A DNA stretch of 59,101 bases from an uncultured bacterium (GTDB taxonomy: Bacteria; Patescibacteriota; Minisyncoccia; Moranbacterales; GWC2-37-73): positions 1 to 59,101 of the forward strand of contig CAISKQ010000057.1 in assembly GCA_903885965.1 (NCBI GenBank). Reading direction: 5' to 3'. The notes under the pieces are model-generated. The model saw nothing but the letters and a program-made list of their open reading frames with translations, did no database searches and had not been told where the DNA came from. This document shows, piece by piece, positions 20,405 through 29,131 of the stretch. A program made the position numbers and the translations under genes. Position 1 is the first letter of the stretch; each line of letters begins with the position of its first letter.

Positions 20405-21253
20405 TTGGTTGATCATTTCAAAAAAACCAAACAAGTCATCATCACAGGATCTTCAAGTTTCAACTTACTAGACAAAACCCAAGAGTCTCTTGCGGGTAGG
20501 AAAATTGTCTATCATTTGTATCCGCTGAGTTTGGAAGAAATTTATCCTCAAAAAGACGTACTTCAGTTGCAAAAAGAACTGGAGAATTATTTGATTTTTG
20601 GTAATTATCCTGAAATTGTGAGCCAAGAAACTTTCACTGAAAAAATTGAATTGTTGCGTGAGCTGACAAGTAGTTATCTTTATCAGGATATCTTGGAATT
20701 TCAACAGCTTAAAAATTCAGCGGTTTTGCTTAATTTGCTCAAGGCTTTGGCCTTTCAAATTGGACAAGAAGTTTCTTATGCGGAGTTGGCTAATCTTTTA
20801 GGCGTGGATAAAAACACAGTGGAACGGTATGTGGATTTGTTGGAGAAAAATTATATTTTGTTTCGACTTCCGCCATATGCACGCAATAAGCGTCGGGAAA
20901 TTTCAAAATTGCGAAAAATATATTTTTGTGATTTGGGAATCAGAAATGCTTTGATTAATAATTTTAATTTTTTGGCCCAGCGAGATGATGTCGGAGCGCT
21001 GTGGGAAAATTTCATAATTTGTGAGCGTTTGAAATTTCAAGCATATCACAGAATTTATGCAGATAATTATTTTTGGCGGACTTATGATGGTGCTGAAGTT
21101 GATTTTATTGAGGAGCGAGAAGGGAAATTGTTTGGTTTTGAATTTACTTGGAGTGGCAACAAGAGAAAAAGAAATCCTCAGAAATGGCAACAATATCCAA
21201 ATAGCAGTTGGCAAGTGGTAACCAAAAATGATTTGGATGATTTTGTTTGGTAG
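20405..21253 (+). pseudogene. 5'-truncated AAA_14/DUF4143 ATPase
   Basis: IITGSSS, ESLAGRK, KIYFCDLGIRN, EVDFIE present; Walker A/B and ATG start missing. Confidence 0.8.
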
Positions 21254-21448
21254 GATGTGAATGCTGGTTGATTGGCTTGGCTGAGTGAAAAAAGAATTGA
21301 ATTTTTTAGCGACCGCCAGACTCGCGTCGACGAACGGTCATCTCCGCGAGTCGAGGCGGGCAATTTTTTTCAATTATTCTAAAAGTTAAGTTTTGTTTGT
21401 TTGAAATTGTGAAATGAGGCTTTGCTTGGCTATTTTTGACGCGTACTA

Positions 21449-21477
21449 TTGACACAAGACAGAAAATATGCTAAGCT
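21449..21477 (+). promoter_or_regulatory. sigma70 promoter
   Basis: TTGACA-17-TAAGCT with extended TG. Confidence 0.7.
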
Positions 21478-21483
21478 TTTAGG

Positions 21484-21720
21484 TTAGTACAGGACCTACC
21501 GACCAGCCTCAATCCGAACACTCAAATACTCATTTATACGAGCCAAATTGTACTCTAAAGCACTAGGAGGATTCAGAAAGACTTGATTTTTCTTGGTCAT
21601 CCTTGTTCTTTAGTAAAAAATGATTCAAATTTGACTCGCTCACATGCTATCAATATGTGTTCGGATTCATATGAGAATCTAGGGGAGTGGTACGGATTTC
21701 TGCATTGTGCTGAAATCCTT
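21484..21720 (+). ncRNA. Candidate structured leader/ncRNA
   Basis: Nested pairings 21511-21521/21657-21667, 21539-21549/21628-21638, 21555-21560/21608-21613; hairpin 21694-21718. Confidence 0.5.
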
Positions 21721-21782
21721 TGACAATTTTATAAAAGAAAGAAGAAAAAACAATAACTATAAAACCGATAAAGGAGTCTGCC

Positions 21783-22214
21783 ATGGGTGTGTATGTAAAT
21801 ACTATAGCTGGCGTTCGTCAGCAGTTGAGACCTATCAATGAAAAAGGTAGTCTTACTGGCATGGGTGTTGACCCATCCAAGGTTGAAAAATTCAAAAGGG
21901 ATTTTATTGCCACCCCCCCCGATAACAAGATTTTTGTTAGAGTGAGGGGAGCTATAAATTCTGATATTTGTTTTTTTCAGCCATGTCGGTCAACAATGGA
22001 TTTGGTAGTTTTGTTTACGGGTGAAGACATTGCACTTTGCTCAGAGCAAAACCCTAATAATCTTTTGAAAATGACGCCGAGCAAAGAGACTCTCGAGGAA
22101 CTTTTCAAGGGATATTATACTTTTCTTTATGGGATTGCCATTGAGGCAATTGAGGGGTGCAAAACAGCGGAGCAATTTTTGTGTGGAGATTGGAAACATA
22201 AAAAAACTAATTAG
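21783..22214 (+). CDS. Hypothetical protein
   Basis: 143-aa ORF with SD AAGGAG; no family recognised. Confidence 0.65.
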   Translation: MGVYVNTIAGVRQQLRPINEKGSLTGMGVDPSKVEKFKRDFIATPPDNKIFVRVRGAINSDICFFQPCRSTMDLVVLFTGEDIALCSEQNPNNLLKMTPSKETLEELFKGYYTFLYGIAIEAIEGCKTAEQFLCGDWKHKKTN

Positions 22215-22265
22215 CCTGATGCACTACATGATTGGCTGAATCTTTTTGATTTTTTAACATTTTCA

Positions 22266-22469
22266 ATGGGAGCTTTTATGTCAGGAGGCACGGGATCTGG
22301 GGGGGGGCTTGGAATTCTTGAGGTAATAATTGCAAGGGTTCCAAACAATGATGACGGCATGGTTCACTTGGAAGTCCAAATCAGGGAAGTGGACTTAAGT
22401 GAAATTTGCAATGGTTGTAAAGATTGTGACGGCTGTTGCAAGCCCAAGCCCAAGCCCAAAAAGGAGTAG
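22266..22469 (+). CDS. Small Gly-rich/Cys-rich hypothetical protein
   Basis: ORF ending CNGCKDCDGCCKPKPKPKKE, followed by a terminator; start 22266 or 22278. Confidence 0.55.
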   Translation: MGAFMSGGTGSGGGLGILEVIIARVPNNDDGMVHLEVQIREVDLSEICNGCKDCDGCCKPKPKPKKE

Positions 22470-22487
22470 TAGCAAAAAATTGCCAAG

Positions 22488-22527
22488 AACTCACTAATTC
22501 GAGAAATCGGAAAGGTGAGTTTTTTTT
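22488..22527 (+). terminator. Intrinsic terminator
   Basis: AACTCACT...GGTGAGTT plus T tract. Confidence 0.65.
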
Positions 22528-22730
22528 ATTTCTAATTTTTTGTAATTTTTAATCATAACTTGAAAATTGCGAGCTTTGCCTGACTAGGCTCAGATTCTTC
22601 GACTGCGTTTTTTTGTCTTTAGCGACAAACCAACTTCGCTCAGAATGACAATTTCCTTTGTCATGCAACAATGTAGTCAAAAAACAATGTAACAATATAG
22701 CAATTTAACAATGTAGCAATTTTCCCTTCT

Positions 22731-23900
22731 ACGTGTCAAATCATCTAACTATGACACCGAAACTGCATTTTCTGGAACCTTTGAAAATGACGCTAAAGAA
22801 GGGCTTAATTTCTTGTTTAAATCAACATTTTCTAGACCTTTTTTCTTCTGATAAATCTTAAGAAGATTATCTAATTTTTTATCAAGCGTTCTCTTAATCA
22901 AGGCTGGGTTAAGTGTTTGATAAAATGCAGATAATTCTGCTTTTTTCTCTTCCGATATTTGATCAGATTCTATCAAACGACGATAGGGAGTTTTTGCTCT
23001 GCCATACTTCCGTTTAATCTTGCCACCAATTCTTTCTTTGCTTTCTAATTTAATTACTGGCTGAAAAAAATTCTTGTACAACCTCAATTCATTTCGATAG
23101 ATATCATTTAGACATTCTCTTTCCTCCTCACTATCATAACGCAAATAGCCAATCACTTGCCGGATGTGGGTAGAATTTTTCTGTTCAATAAAGCAGTTAT
23201 CATTTTTATGATATGGACGAGAACGAGAATATTTCAATCCTTCTTTTTCAGCATAATCATAAACAGCAAAGTTTAAAAGATTTGTTCCATTGTCAGGATG
23301 AAATTCTTTCCAACCAAAAGGCATCCTTTCTCGACAGCCAGCTATGCCCAAAAGTGCTCCATGTTGACCTTTGCCCATCACAGCCTCACCTTCCCACCAA
23401 GAGCTGAAAATATCGCAGGTAGAGAGATTATTGACATACTGTCCTGAAGCTGAGGTGCCACAACTTTCCACGAAATCAACTTGCACATTGCCAGTTTCCA
23501 ATCTATTCCATTCTGAGCTAGTTTTAGTTGGAACAGTTGAAAGTAGAAACGAACTTTTTTTCTGATATTTTCCTTTCAATTTTAAAACTTCTTTTTCATG
23601 ATTTAGTCTACGATCAATTGTGGCAGATTTCATTTGCTTGAGTTGAGTAGCGATCTCATCCGAACAAATGATTTCTTTCAGCGTGCGTAAGTTGTCAGTT
23701 TCAGTTTCTAGAATTTCTATCAATCTTTGCCCGCAAGGAAAATCAAAGATTGTCCAAATTTTTATTAAAACTGCAATAACTTTAGAATCATACAGGCAGG
23801 CTCTTTTCTTGTATTCTTCTTTTTTCTTAAGCTTCACTTTGTAGTTAAATTTCTTGCTGACATACTTTCTCTCTTGCTTAGTATTGCAACAATATTTTAG
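22731..23900 (-). mobile_element. 5'-truncated IS (integrase-core/rve DDE transposase, ISNCY/IS481-like)
   Basis: SATIDRRL, QVDFV, HPDNG, SRPYHKNDNCFIEQKN, KTPYRRL; N-terminus cut off at the fic stop; end sequence ...GATTTGACACGT. Confidence 0.85.
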
Positions 23901-23901
23901 T

Positions 23902-24969
23902 TTATCCAAAATAATTTTCCACTGAAAACTTGAATTGCTGGAGAAAAATTTCTTTTAGGTAGGAAATATTATTTTGTTCATAAAAAAGCACCATGGCTTT
24001 TTTGTATTCAAGTGCATTTATGTTGCGATAAGACAGCATTGCTTTGTCGTGGGCGTGCAAGATGGCGTTAGCCAGAATGCGGGCAGTGCGTTTGTTGCCG
24101 TCTTCAAATGGTTGGATATAGGCAATCACAGCTAAAACAAAAAGCGCTTGCATAAAAGGATCTTGCAAACCTGAAAGCACGGCTGTTAATTTTTCCATCG
24201 CGATTTCAATTTCATTTCTTTTTGGCAAGGGACGATAAAGTGTGCCAGTGATGCCAACTGGATGATTTCGGAAATCTTTTTTGATGTCTATTTTTTCTGT
24301 TAGCATTTCATGAATTTGTTTGATTTTCTCAAGATTAATCTCCTTGAAATAATCTTTGTTGGCCAAGATGAAATCGAGAGCTTTTTTGTGATTCAAAATC
24401 ATTTGCGCTTCGGACTTTTCCTTGCCTTGGGCAAATTGCATCTCCTTGAGAAGCGCTTCTGTTTCTAATAGCGTGTAGGTGTTGCCTTCAATTGCTGAGG
24501 ATTTCCAGGATAATTCTATAACCAAGCGTTCCCATTCTCTTTTCAAAATCGCAGGACTTTCTTTGCTAAGTTCGTTTTTTGTTTGAAGATATTTTGTATT
24601 TATTTTCTGTAAATCGCTTTCTTCCTCTTTTGAAAAAATAGTTTCATTCAGGATAGAAAAAATGTCATCATTAAAAATGGGCTTGGCATTTCTTTCTGAA
24701 AGGGGGAGGGAAAAGTACTTCACGGTATCAATCTTTTCCAACATTAAATAGCGGGGGGATATTGCATAGGAAACCGACCTTCCTTGACCAGTTTTTTGCA
24801 AAATTCCATTTTTTTCCAAAAATGACAAATCGCGAACAACAGTCAAACGCAAAACTCCGAATTTTTCCTCAATGAGAGGAGAAATATCCCCTGTTTGAAA
24901 GCTTTTTTCTTTTTTGGCAAAAGCCAGAATGAATTCTTGGCGATCACTAAGTGCTTGGTATGGCAACAT
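23902..24969 (-). CDS. Fic-family protein with N-terminal HTH
   Basis: SSAIEGNT, QPFEDGNKRTAR (Fic motif with H->Q), N-terminal TVVRDLSFL wHTH. Confidence 0.9.
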   Translation of the reverse strand: MLPYQALSDRQEFILAFAKKEKSFQTGDISPLIEEKFGVLRLTVVRDLSFLEKNGILQKTGQGRSVSYAISPRYLMLEKIDTVKYFSLPLSERNAKPIFNDDIFSILNETIFSKEEESDLQKINTKYLQTKNELSKESPAILKREWERLVIELSWKSSAIEGNTYTLLETEALLKEMQFAQGKEKSEAQMILNHKKALDFILANKDYFKEINLEKIKQIHEMLTEKIDIKKDFRNHPVGITGTLYRPLPKRNEIEIAMEKLTAVLSGLQDPFMQALFVLAVIAYIQPFEDGNKRTARILANAILHAHDKAMLSYRNINALEYKKAMVLFYEQNNISYLKEIFLQQFKFSVENYFG

Positions 24970-25060
24970 AATTGTATCATTTTTAAGTGTTATTACGCTT
25001 TAATTGTATCATTTATGATGCAATTAGTCAAGCTAGCTGAGCAAAAATGATACAATTAAG
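24970..25060. promoter_or_regulatory. Repeated AATTGTATCAT sites upstream of fic (putative auto-operators)
   Basis: AATTGTATCATTT at 24970 and 25002; inverted ATGATGCAATT and ATGATACAATT downstream. Confidence 0.6.
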
Positions 25061-25201
25061 GGCATATATCATTTCTTGGCATATGTGAGGATTTATAGTT
25101 TCCGAAGGTTGAACCTTCTTTTATGTTGCCAACGCAATTTGACAAATCGTGGGGGGGGGTAGAATAAAATTACAATTTATAATTTCTTTAAAAAGTAACA
25201 A

Positions 25202-25646
25202 ATGTATGGGAGAGATTATGGGGATTACTGAAAACAAAGCAGAAATGCATAAGTCATTAAGCACAGAGGAATTGCTGAAATTAGCAATAATTTCAGATGG
25301 CAACGGCAGTAATGAAGGGCGTGCTGAGTTTGTTCGTTTGCTGGGGAAAACGGATATAAGGCCAGGGGTTGATGCATTTAATTTTCTAAAGGAGGGTAAT
25401 TATGATAATGCTCTAAATGATGCGTTTAGGGAAATTATTGAAAAGTACTATGAAATAACGATTGAGAAAAATGCATTATCTCGTGAACAATGGAATACAT
25501 TGCGAGGTGATTTATTGGAGCGCATACGCAATGTTGAGCATCGTATACGGGAATTTCCAGAAGATCGTGCAGATAATGAAATTGATTTATTAGGAAAACA
25601 ACGAGCTTTAGAGAAGCTAAGATTACGCGAGCCAAAATTAGAGTAA
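25202..25646 (+). CDS. Hypothetical protein
   Basis: Charged helical ORF with promoter-like site upstream and terminator after; start (an internal ATG) approximate. Confidence 0.6.
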
Positions 25647-25664
25647 TTGAGTCTAGGTTATTTC

Positions 25665-25696
25665 AAAAACCGTCACTTTTGAGTGGCGGTTTTTTT
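25665..25696 (+). terminator. Intrinsic terminator
   Basis: AAAAACCGTCACT TTTG AGTGGCGGTTTTTTT. Confidence 0.8.
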
Positions 25697-25832
25697 CTTG
25701 GGAAATCATAAAGATCCTAAAAATATCCTAACGGAATCCATTGCACGGTGCAACTGCCAATTTTTTCTTCAGCCAAATAATCCTTGGTTAAAATGATGTT
25801 TTCAGTAAACTCCTATTTTAGCTATAAGATAA

Positions 25833-25962
25833 ATATGCTAATTCCCGCATATGCGGGAATTAGCATATCGCCTGGGCAACCTCATGTTTACAGGGGTTTA
25901 TTATCTTCTATTACAAAAGCGTGTCAAATAAATGCATATGCATTTATTTGACACGCTTTTGT
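25833..25962. repeat. Double-palindrome unit, copy 2 (36-bp + 50-bp perfect palindromes)
   Basis: 25833-25868 and 25913-25962 perfect palindromes, homologous to 19769-19885. Confidence 0.9.
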
Positions 25963-25996
25963 TTTTTTGAAACATTCTCACATGCTTGAGAATGTG

Positions 25997-26101
25997 ATAC
26001 TAGATTAACTTAATTTGTTACACAATAAGACGTTAGAGGCTAAGCCTCCTATAGGAGGCTTAGCCTCTTTGAAACTAGCGCTAATTTAGTTAATTCGGTA
26101 T
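25997..26101. mobile_element. MITE/REP-like element A, copy 1
   Basis: Imperfect TIR ATACTAGATTAACTTAATT...AATTTAGTTAATTCGGTAT around a central nested palindrome; second copy at 33954. Confidence 0.7.
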
Positions 26102-26172
26102 GAGAATGTTGTTTTGTTGAAGAATTGAAATTTTTAGTGATTGTTAAAAAATTTCAACTTTGAAAAATTAGG

Positions 26173-26336
26173 CTCTGTCACGAAATAAATTGTGCAGTTC
26201 GTGCTCAGATTTGCGTCAGATTTGTTTCAAAAAAATTGAGAAGCTATCGAGATAACTTTGAGATTTTTTTGAGCAAAGATGATGTAAAGATGATGTAAAG
26301 ATTAGTGCTAGATGCATAAGTTATTTCGCGGTAGAG
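26173..26336. repeat. ~165-bp long-hairpin repeat element
   Basis: Termini CTCTGTCACGAAATAA / TTATTTCGCGGTAGAG with internal complementary arms. Confidence 0.6.
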
Positions 26337-26338
26337 AC

Positions 26339-27652
26339 TTATTGCATTTTTAAATTCGCGTTGGGTTGGAGAGTTTTCCAATTTCCCAGGGCGGATTTTT
26401 TTTGGGCGTCAGTCATGGAATCCCAGCGGAAAGATCCAGCTATGCCGATCATGCCAGCGTTGTCGCCAGTTAAACTTAAAGCTGGAATGCAATAGGAAGT
26501 AGTAGGCATGTTTTTTTCGATGGCTTGACCTAGTTGCCCGCGAAGCTCGGTGTTGGCACTGACTCCACCGGCCAGCAAAATGGTTTTCGGTGCGTATTTT
26601 TCAGCTGCCCTGAGCGTTTTAGTAACTAGGACGTCTACGCAGGCTTGCTCAAATTCATGGCAAACCTGCGCGATGTAGTCTTTTGGGAGCTCAACTCCCT
26701 TTGTGGGAGTTGAGCTCCCATTGGCGGCAACAAATTTTTTTACTTCATACAGCACAGCGGTTTTGAGTCCGGAAAAAGAAAAATTGAAATTTTGCTTATT
26801 CAGCATTGGCCGAGGGAAATGGATTTCAAATTTTGAATTTTGAATTTTGAATTTTGAATTAATTTCTGAATTTTTAATTTTAGAATTATTTTCGTTTCGA
26901 AATTCGAAATTCGAAATTCGAAATGTTGCTGCCCAAGCAGCAACATTTGGTCCTCCAGGATAGCCAATGCCGAGAATGCGAGCGACCTTGTCAAAGGCTT
27001 CACCAACGGCATCGTCAACAGTCTGGCCAATGATTTCATATTCCAAATGATCCTTCATCAACACTAACTGAGTGTGACCGCCGGAAACAACCAAACATAA
27101 AATTGGAAATTTTATGTTTGGTAAATTTGAAATTTTGGAAGGGGTATCTTTTTTGATATTTGAATTCTGTTTGGAATTTGTTTCTTGGTTATTGGAGCTT
27201 ACGCTAATTTTATCGGAGATAAAATTAGCGTAGATGTGTCCCTCGATGTGATGAATCCCAATAAGTGGTTTTTCCCAGAGATAGGAAAGGGTTTTGGCAT
27301 AGTTTACCCCCACCAGAAGCGCTGGGATGAGCCCTGGGCCTTGGGTGACCGCAATGGCATCAATATCCGCAGGCAAAATTTGGGCCTCCTGGAGGGCATT
27401 TTTGAGCATCAAATCGATGTTTTTGACATGCTCTCGAGCAGCCAAATTCGGCACAACACCACCCCATTTGGCATGTAGTTTTATTTGCGAGGAGACCTCG
27501 CTAGAAAGAATTGTTAGAATATTTTTTTCCCGACTGAGGATTGAAATTGCAGTTTCATCGCAGGATGTTTCAATAGCAAGAATCGTGAGTTTGCCTGACT
27601 GAGAATTTTCTTTCTTACAGTTTCCTTTAAAAGTAGTGTTATTGGTTGACAT
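26339..27652 (-). CDS. tsaD: tRNA t6A synthase TsaD with low-complexity insertions
   Basis: ILAIETSCDET, HHIEGH, VSGGHT, DDAVGEAFDK, FSFSGLKT, DNAGMI; ATG at 27652 preferred. Confidence 0.95.
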   Translation of the reverse strand: MSTNNTTFKGNCKKENSQSGKLTILAIETSCDETAISILSREKNILTILSSEVSSQIKLHAKWGGVVPNLAAREHVKNIDLMLKNALQEAQILPADIDAIAVTQGPGLIPALLVGVNYAKTLSYLWEKPLIGIHHIEGHIYANFISDKISVSSNNQETNSKQNSNIKKDTPSKISNLPNIKFPILCLVVSGGHTQLVLMKDHLEYEIIGQTVDDAVGEAFDKVARILGIGYPGGPNVAAWAATFRISNFEFRNENNSKIKNSEINSKFKIQNSKFEIHFPRPMLNKQNFNFSFSGLKTAVLYEVKKFVAANGSSTPTKGVELPKDYIAQVCHEFEQACVDVLVTKTLRAAEKYAPKTILLAGGVSANTELRGQLGQAIEKNMPTTSYCIPALSLTGDNAGMIGIAGSFRWDSMTDAQKKSALGNWKTLQPNANLKMQ

Positions 27653-27736
27653 AACAGTGTTTTTATTATATAGTCTCACTGACTTGCTAAATCTCTCGCT
27701 TATTTTATTTGGATAATAATTAATCGATATTATCAC

Positions 27737-28561
27737 ATGGTAGCGAAAAAGGAAAGCATCACTGCTAATCCAAAAGCAAAAAATGTACAAAATATGAAAC
27801 TAAAAAAGCATGCAGCTTTAGCTGCTGATGTTTTTTTGTTTCGTCGCCGCACTGATCTTGGTAGAGATTTGCTGTTCATCAAGAAAGCAGATGAGAAGGA
27901 GGTATTTTTTTCTAATAGTAAGAGATTTTATCGAAGGAAGACAGATATAGAGAGTTGCAAGGATTTAACTGACAATGAATTGATAGAAGTTATTCAAAAT
28001 CAAAATCATCAGGCTTATGTCGATCTTTTCAGGCGTTATCAAAAAAAGCTTTTTTTATACATATATCGCTTAATAAGGGATAGGGACGAAACGGAGGATA
28101 TTTTGCAGAATGTGTTTGCAAAGGCATATAAAAACATTCAGCATTTTGACCTGGAACGTAAATTTTCATCTTGGATATATCGCATTGCACACAATGAGGC
28201 CGTCAATTATTTAAAGCGCAAGAGCAAAAGGTATATTGTTTCATGGGAGGATGTCACGACAAGCAAGGACAAATTGGAAACCGCTAGTAATGAGGAGCCG
28301 ATAGAGGATCAATGGCTGCATCAAGAGATTGCTCAGGAAATAGGGGAAGCGCTCAAAAAACTGCCGAAACAATACCGACAGATATTGAATATGCGATATT
28401 TTAAAGAATATTCTTATGAGCAAATAAGTAAAATTTTAGGTAAACCAGTTAATACGGTTGGAACGATTATTAATCGGGCAAAAAAGAAATTGTTTGAAAT
28501 TGTGAAAGGGGAAGCGCAAAAACGAGAGCAAGTCGTTCTTCGTAGTAGCAATGAAAAATGA
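27737..28561 (+). CDS. ECF RNA polymerase sigma factor with N-terminal extension
   Basis: Region 2 (EDILQNVF, FSSWIYRIAHN), region 4 (YSYEQISKILGKPVNTVGTIINRAK). Confidence 0.9.
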   Translation: MVAKKESITANPKAKNVQNMKLKKHAALAADVFLFRRRTDLGRDLLFIKKADEKEVFFSNSKRFYRRKTDIESCKDLTDNELIEVIQNQNHQAYVDLFRRYQKKLFLYIYRLIRDRDETEDILQNVFAKAYKNIQHFDLERKFSSWIYRIAHNEAVNYLKRKSKRYIVSWEDVTTSKDKLETASNEEPIEDQWLHQEIAQEIGEALKKLPKQYRQILNMRYFKEYSYEQISKILGKPVNTVGTIINRAKKKLFEIVKGEAQKREQVVLRSSNEK

Positions 28562-28755
28562 TAATTTTTTCTTTCGCAAAGCCTTATTTAGGCGTAAATT
28601 TCTTGGTGGAAGGATTTGTTTGATTTATGTTGCAAGATAATAATCAGGTCAAAGTAGAAAAGACTTGATTATTTTTTTATTTCTGCTATATTGTATCAGT
28701 AGTCATTAGAAAAAGAATCAGTCTCTGGTTCTCTGTTTTTTTAAAGAACACATTT

Positions 28756-28827
28756 GGCGCTATCGTCTAGTGGTTAGGACACCAGGTTTTCATCCTGGTA
28801 ACAGGAGTCCGATTCTCCTTAGCGCTA
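28756..28827 (+). tRNA. tRNA-Glu(UUC)
   Basis: GGCGCTA/TAGCGCT acceptor, anticodon loop TTTTCAT; atypical T-loop TCCGATT. Confidence 0.9.
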
Positions 28828-29131
28828 CAAATTTTTAAAAGTCCCATTTCGTGGGGCTTTTAAATTTGTCTAGCGATAAGAGAGAATCGGACGGGCGCGA
28901 GTAGGATGCGATCCACCAGCTGGCGAAAAGCATTCTAATTTTAGTCGAGGACGGTCCTCGACTGAGTTTTATTTTGTCAAACCAAATTCTATGGCTGTAA
29001 ATTCTATGGCAACAAAAGACCCCATGTCCTTTTCGGAGACATGGGGTTTTAACTTTTCATTTTTCTGCTGTTTTGCATGTTTATAAAATTTTCACTTGTA
29101 TATTCTTTAGTCTGTCATATAATTTAGCCAT

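Noticed and set aside
19830-20471. ORFs 19830-20063 and 20277-20471
   Set aside because: They are translations across palindromes, the IS tip and the promoter copy; not credible genes.
21712-21727. boxA-like TCCTTTGACAA (similar TTCTTTAAAAA at ~41723)
   Set aside because: Too short and degenerate in AT-rich DNA to support without a genome-wide test.
19769-26336. Palindromes and short repeats as a CRISPR array or integron cassette array
   Set aside because: No regularly spaced identical repeats with unique spacers, no cas or integrase gene, and no GTTRRRY/RYYYAAC attC ends recognised.
27653-27790. 46-aa N-terminal extension of TsaD in the ORF track
   Set aside because: Non-ATG start that overlaps the divergent sigma gene; ATG 27652 fits the family.
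29073-29131. ORF-track start of the first dedA
   Set aside because: The true N-terminus is in another frame (29132), as shown by the paralog.
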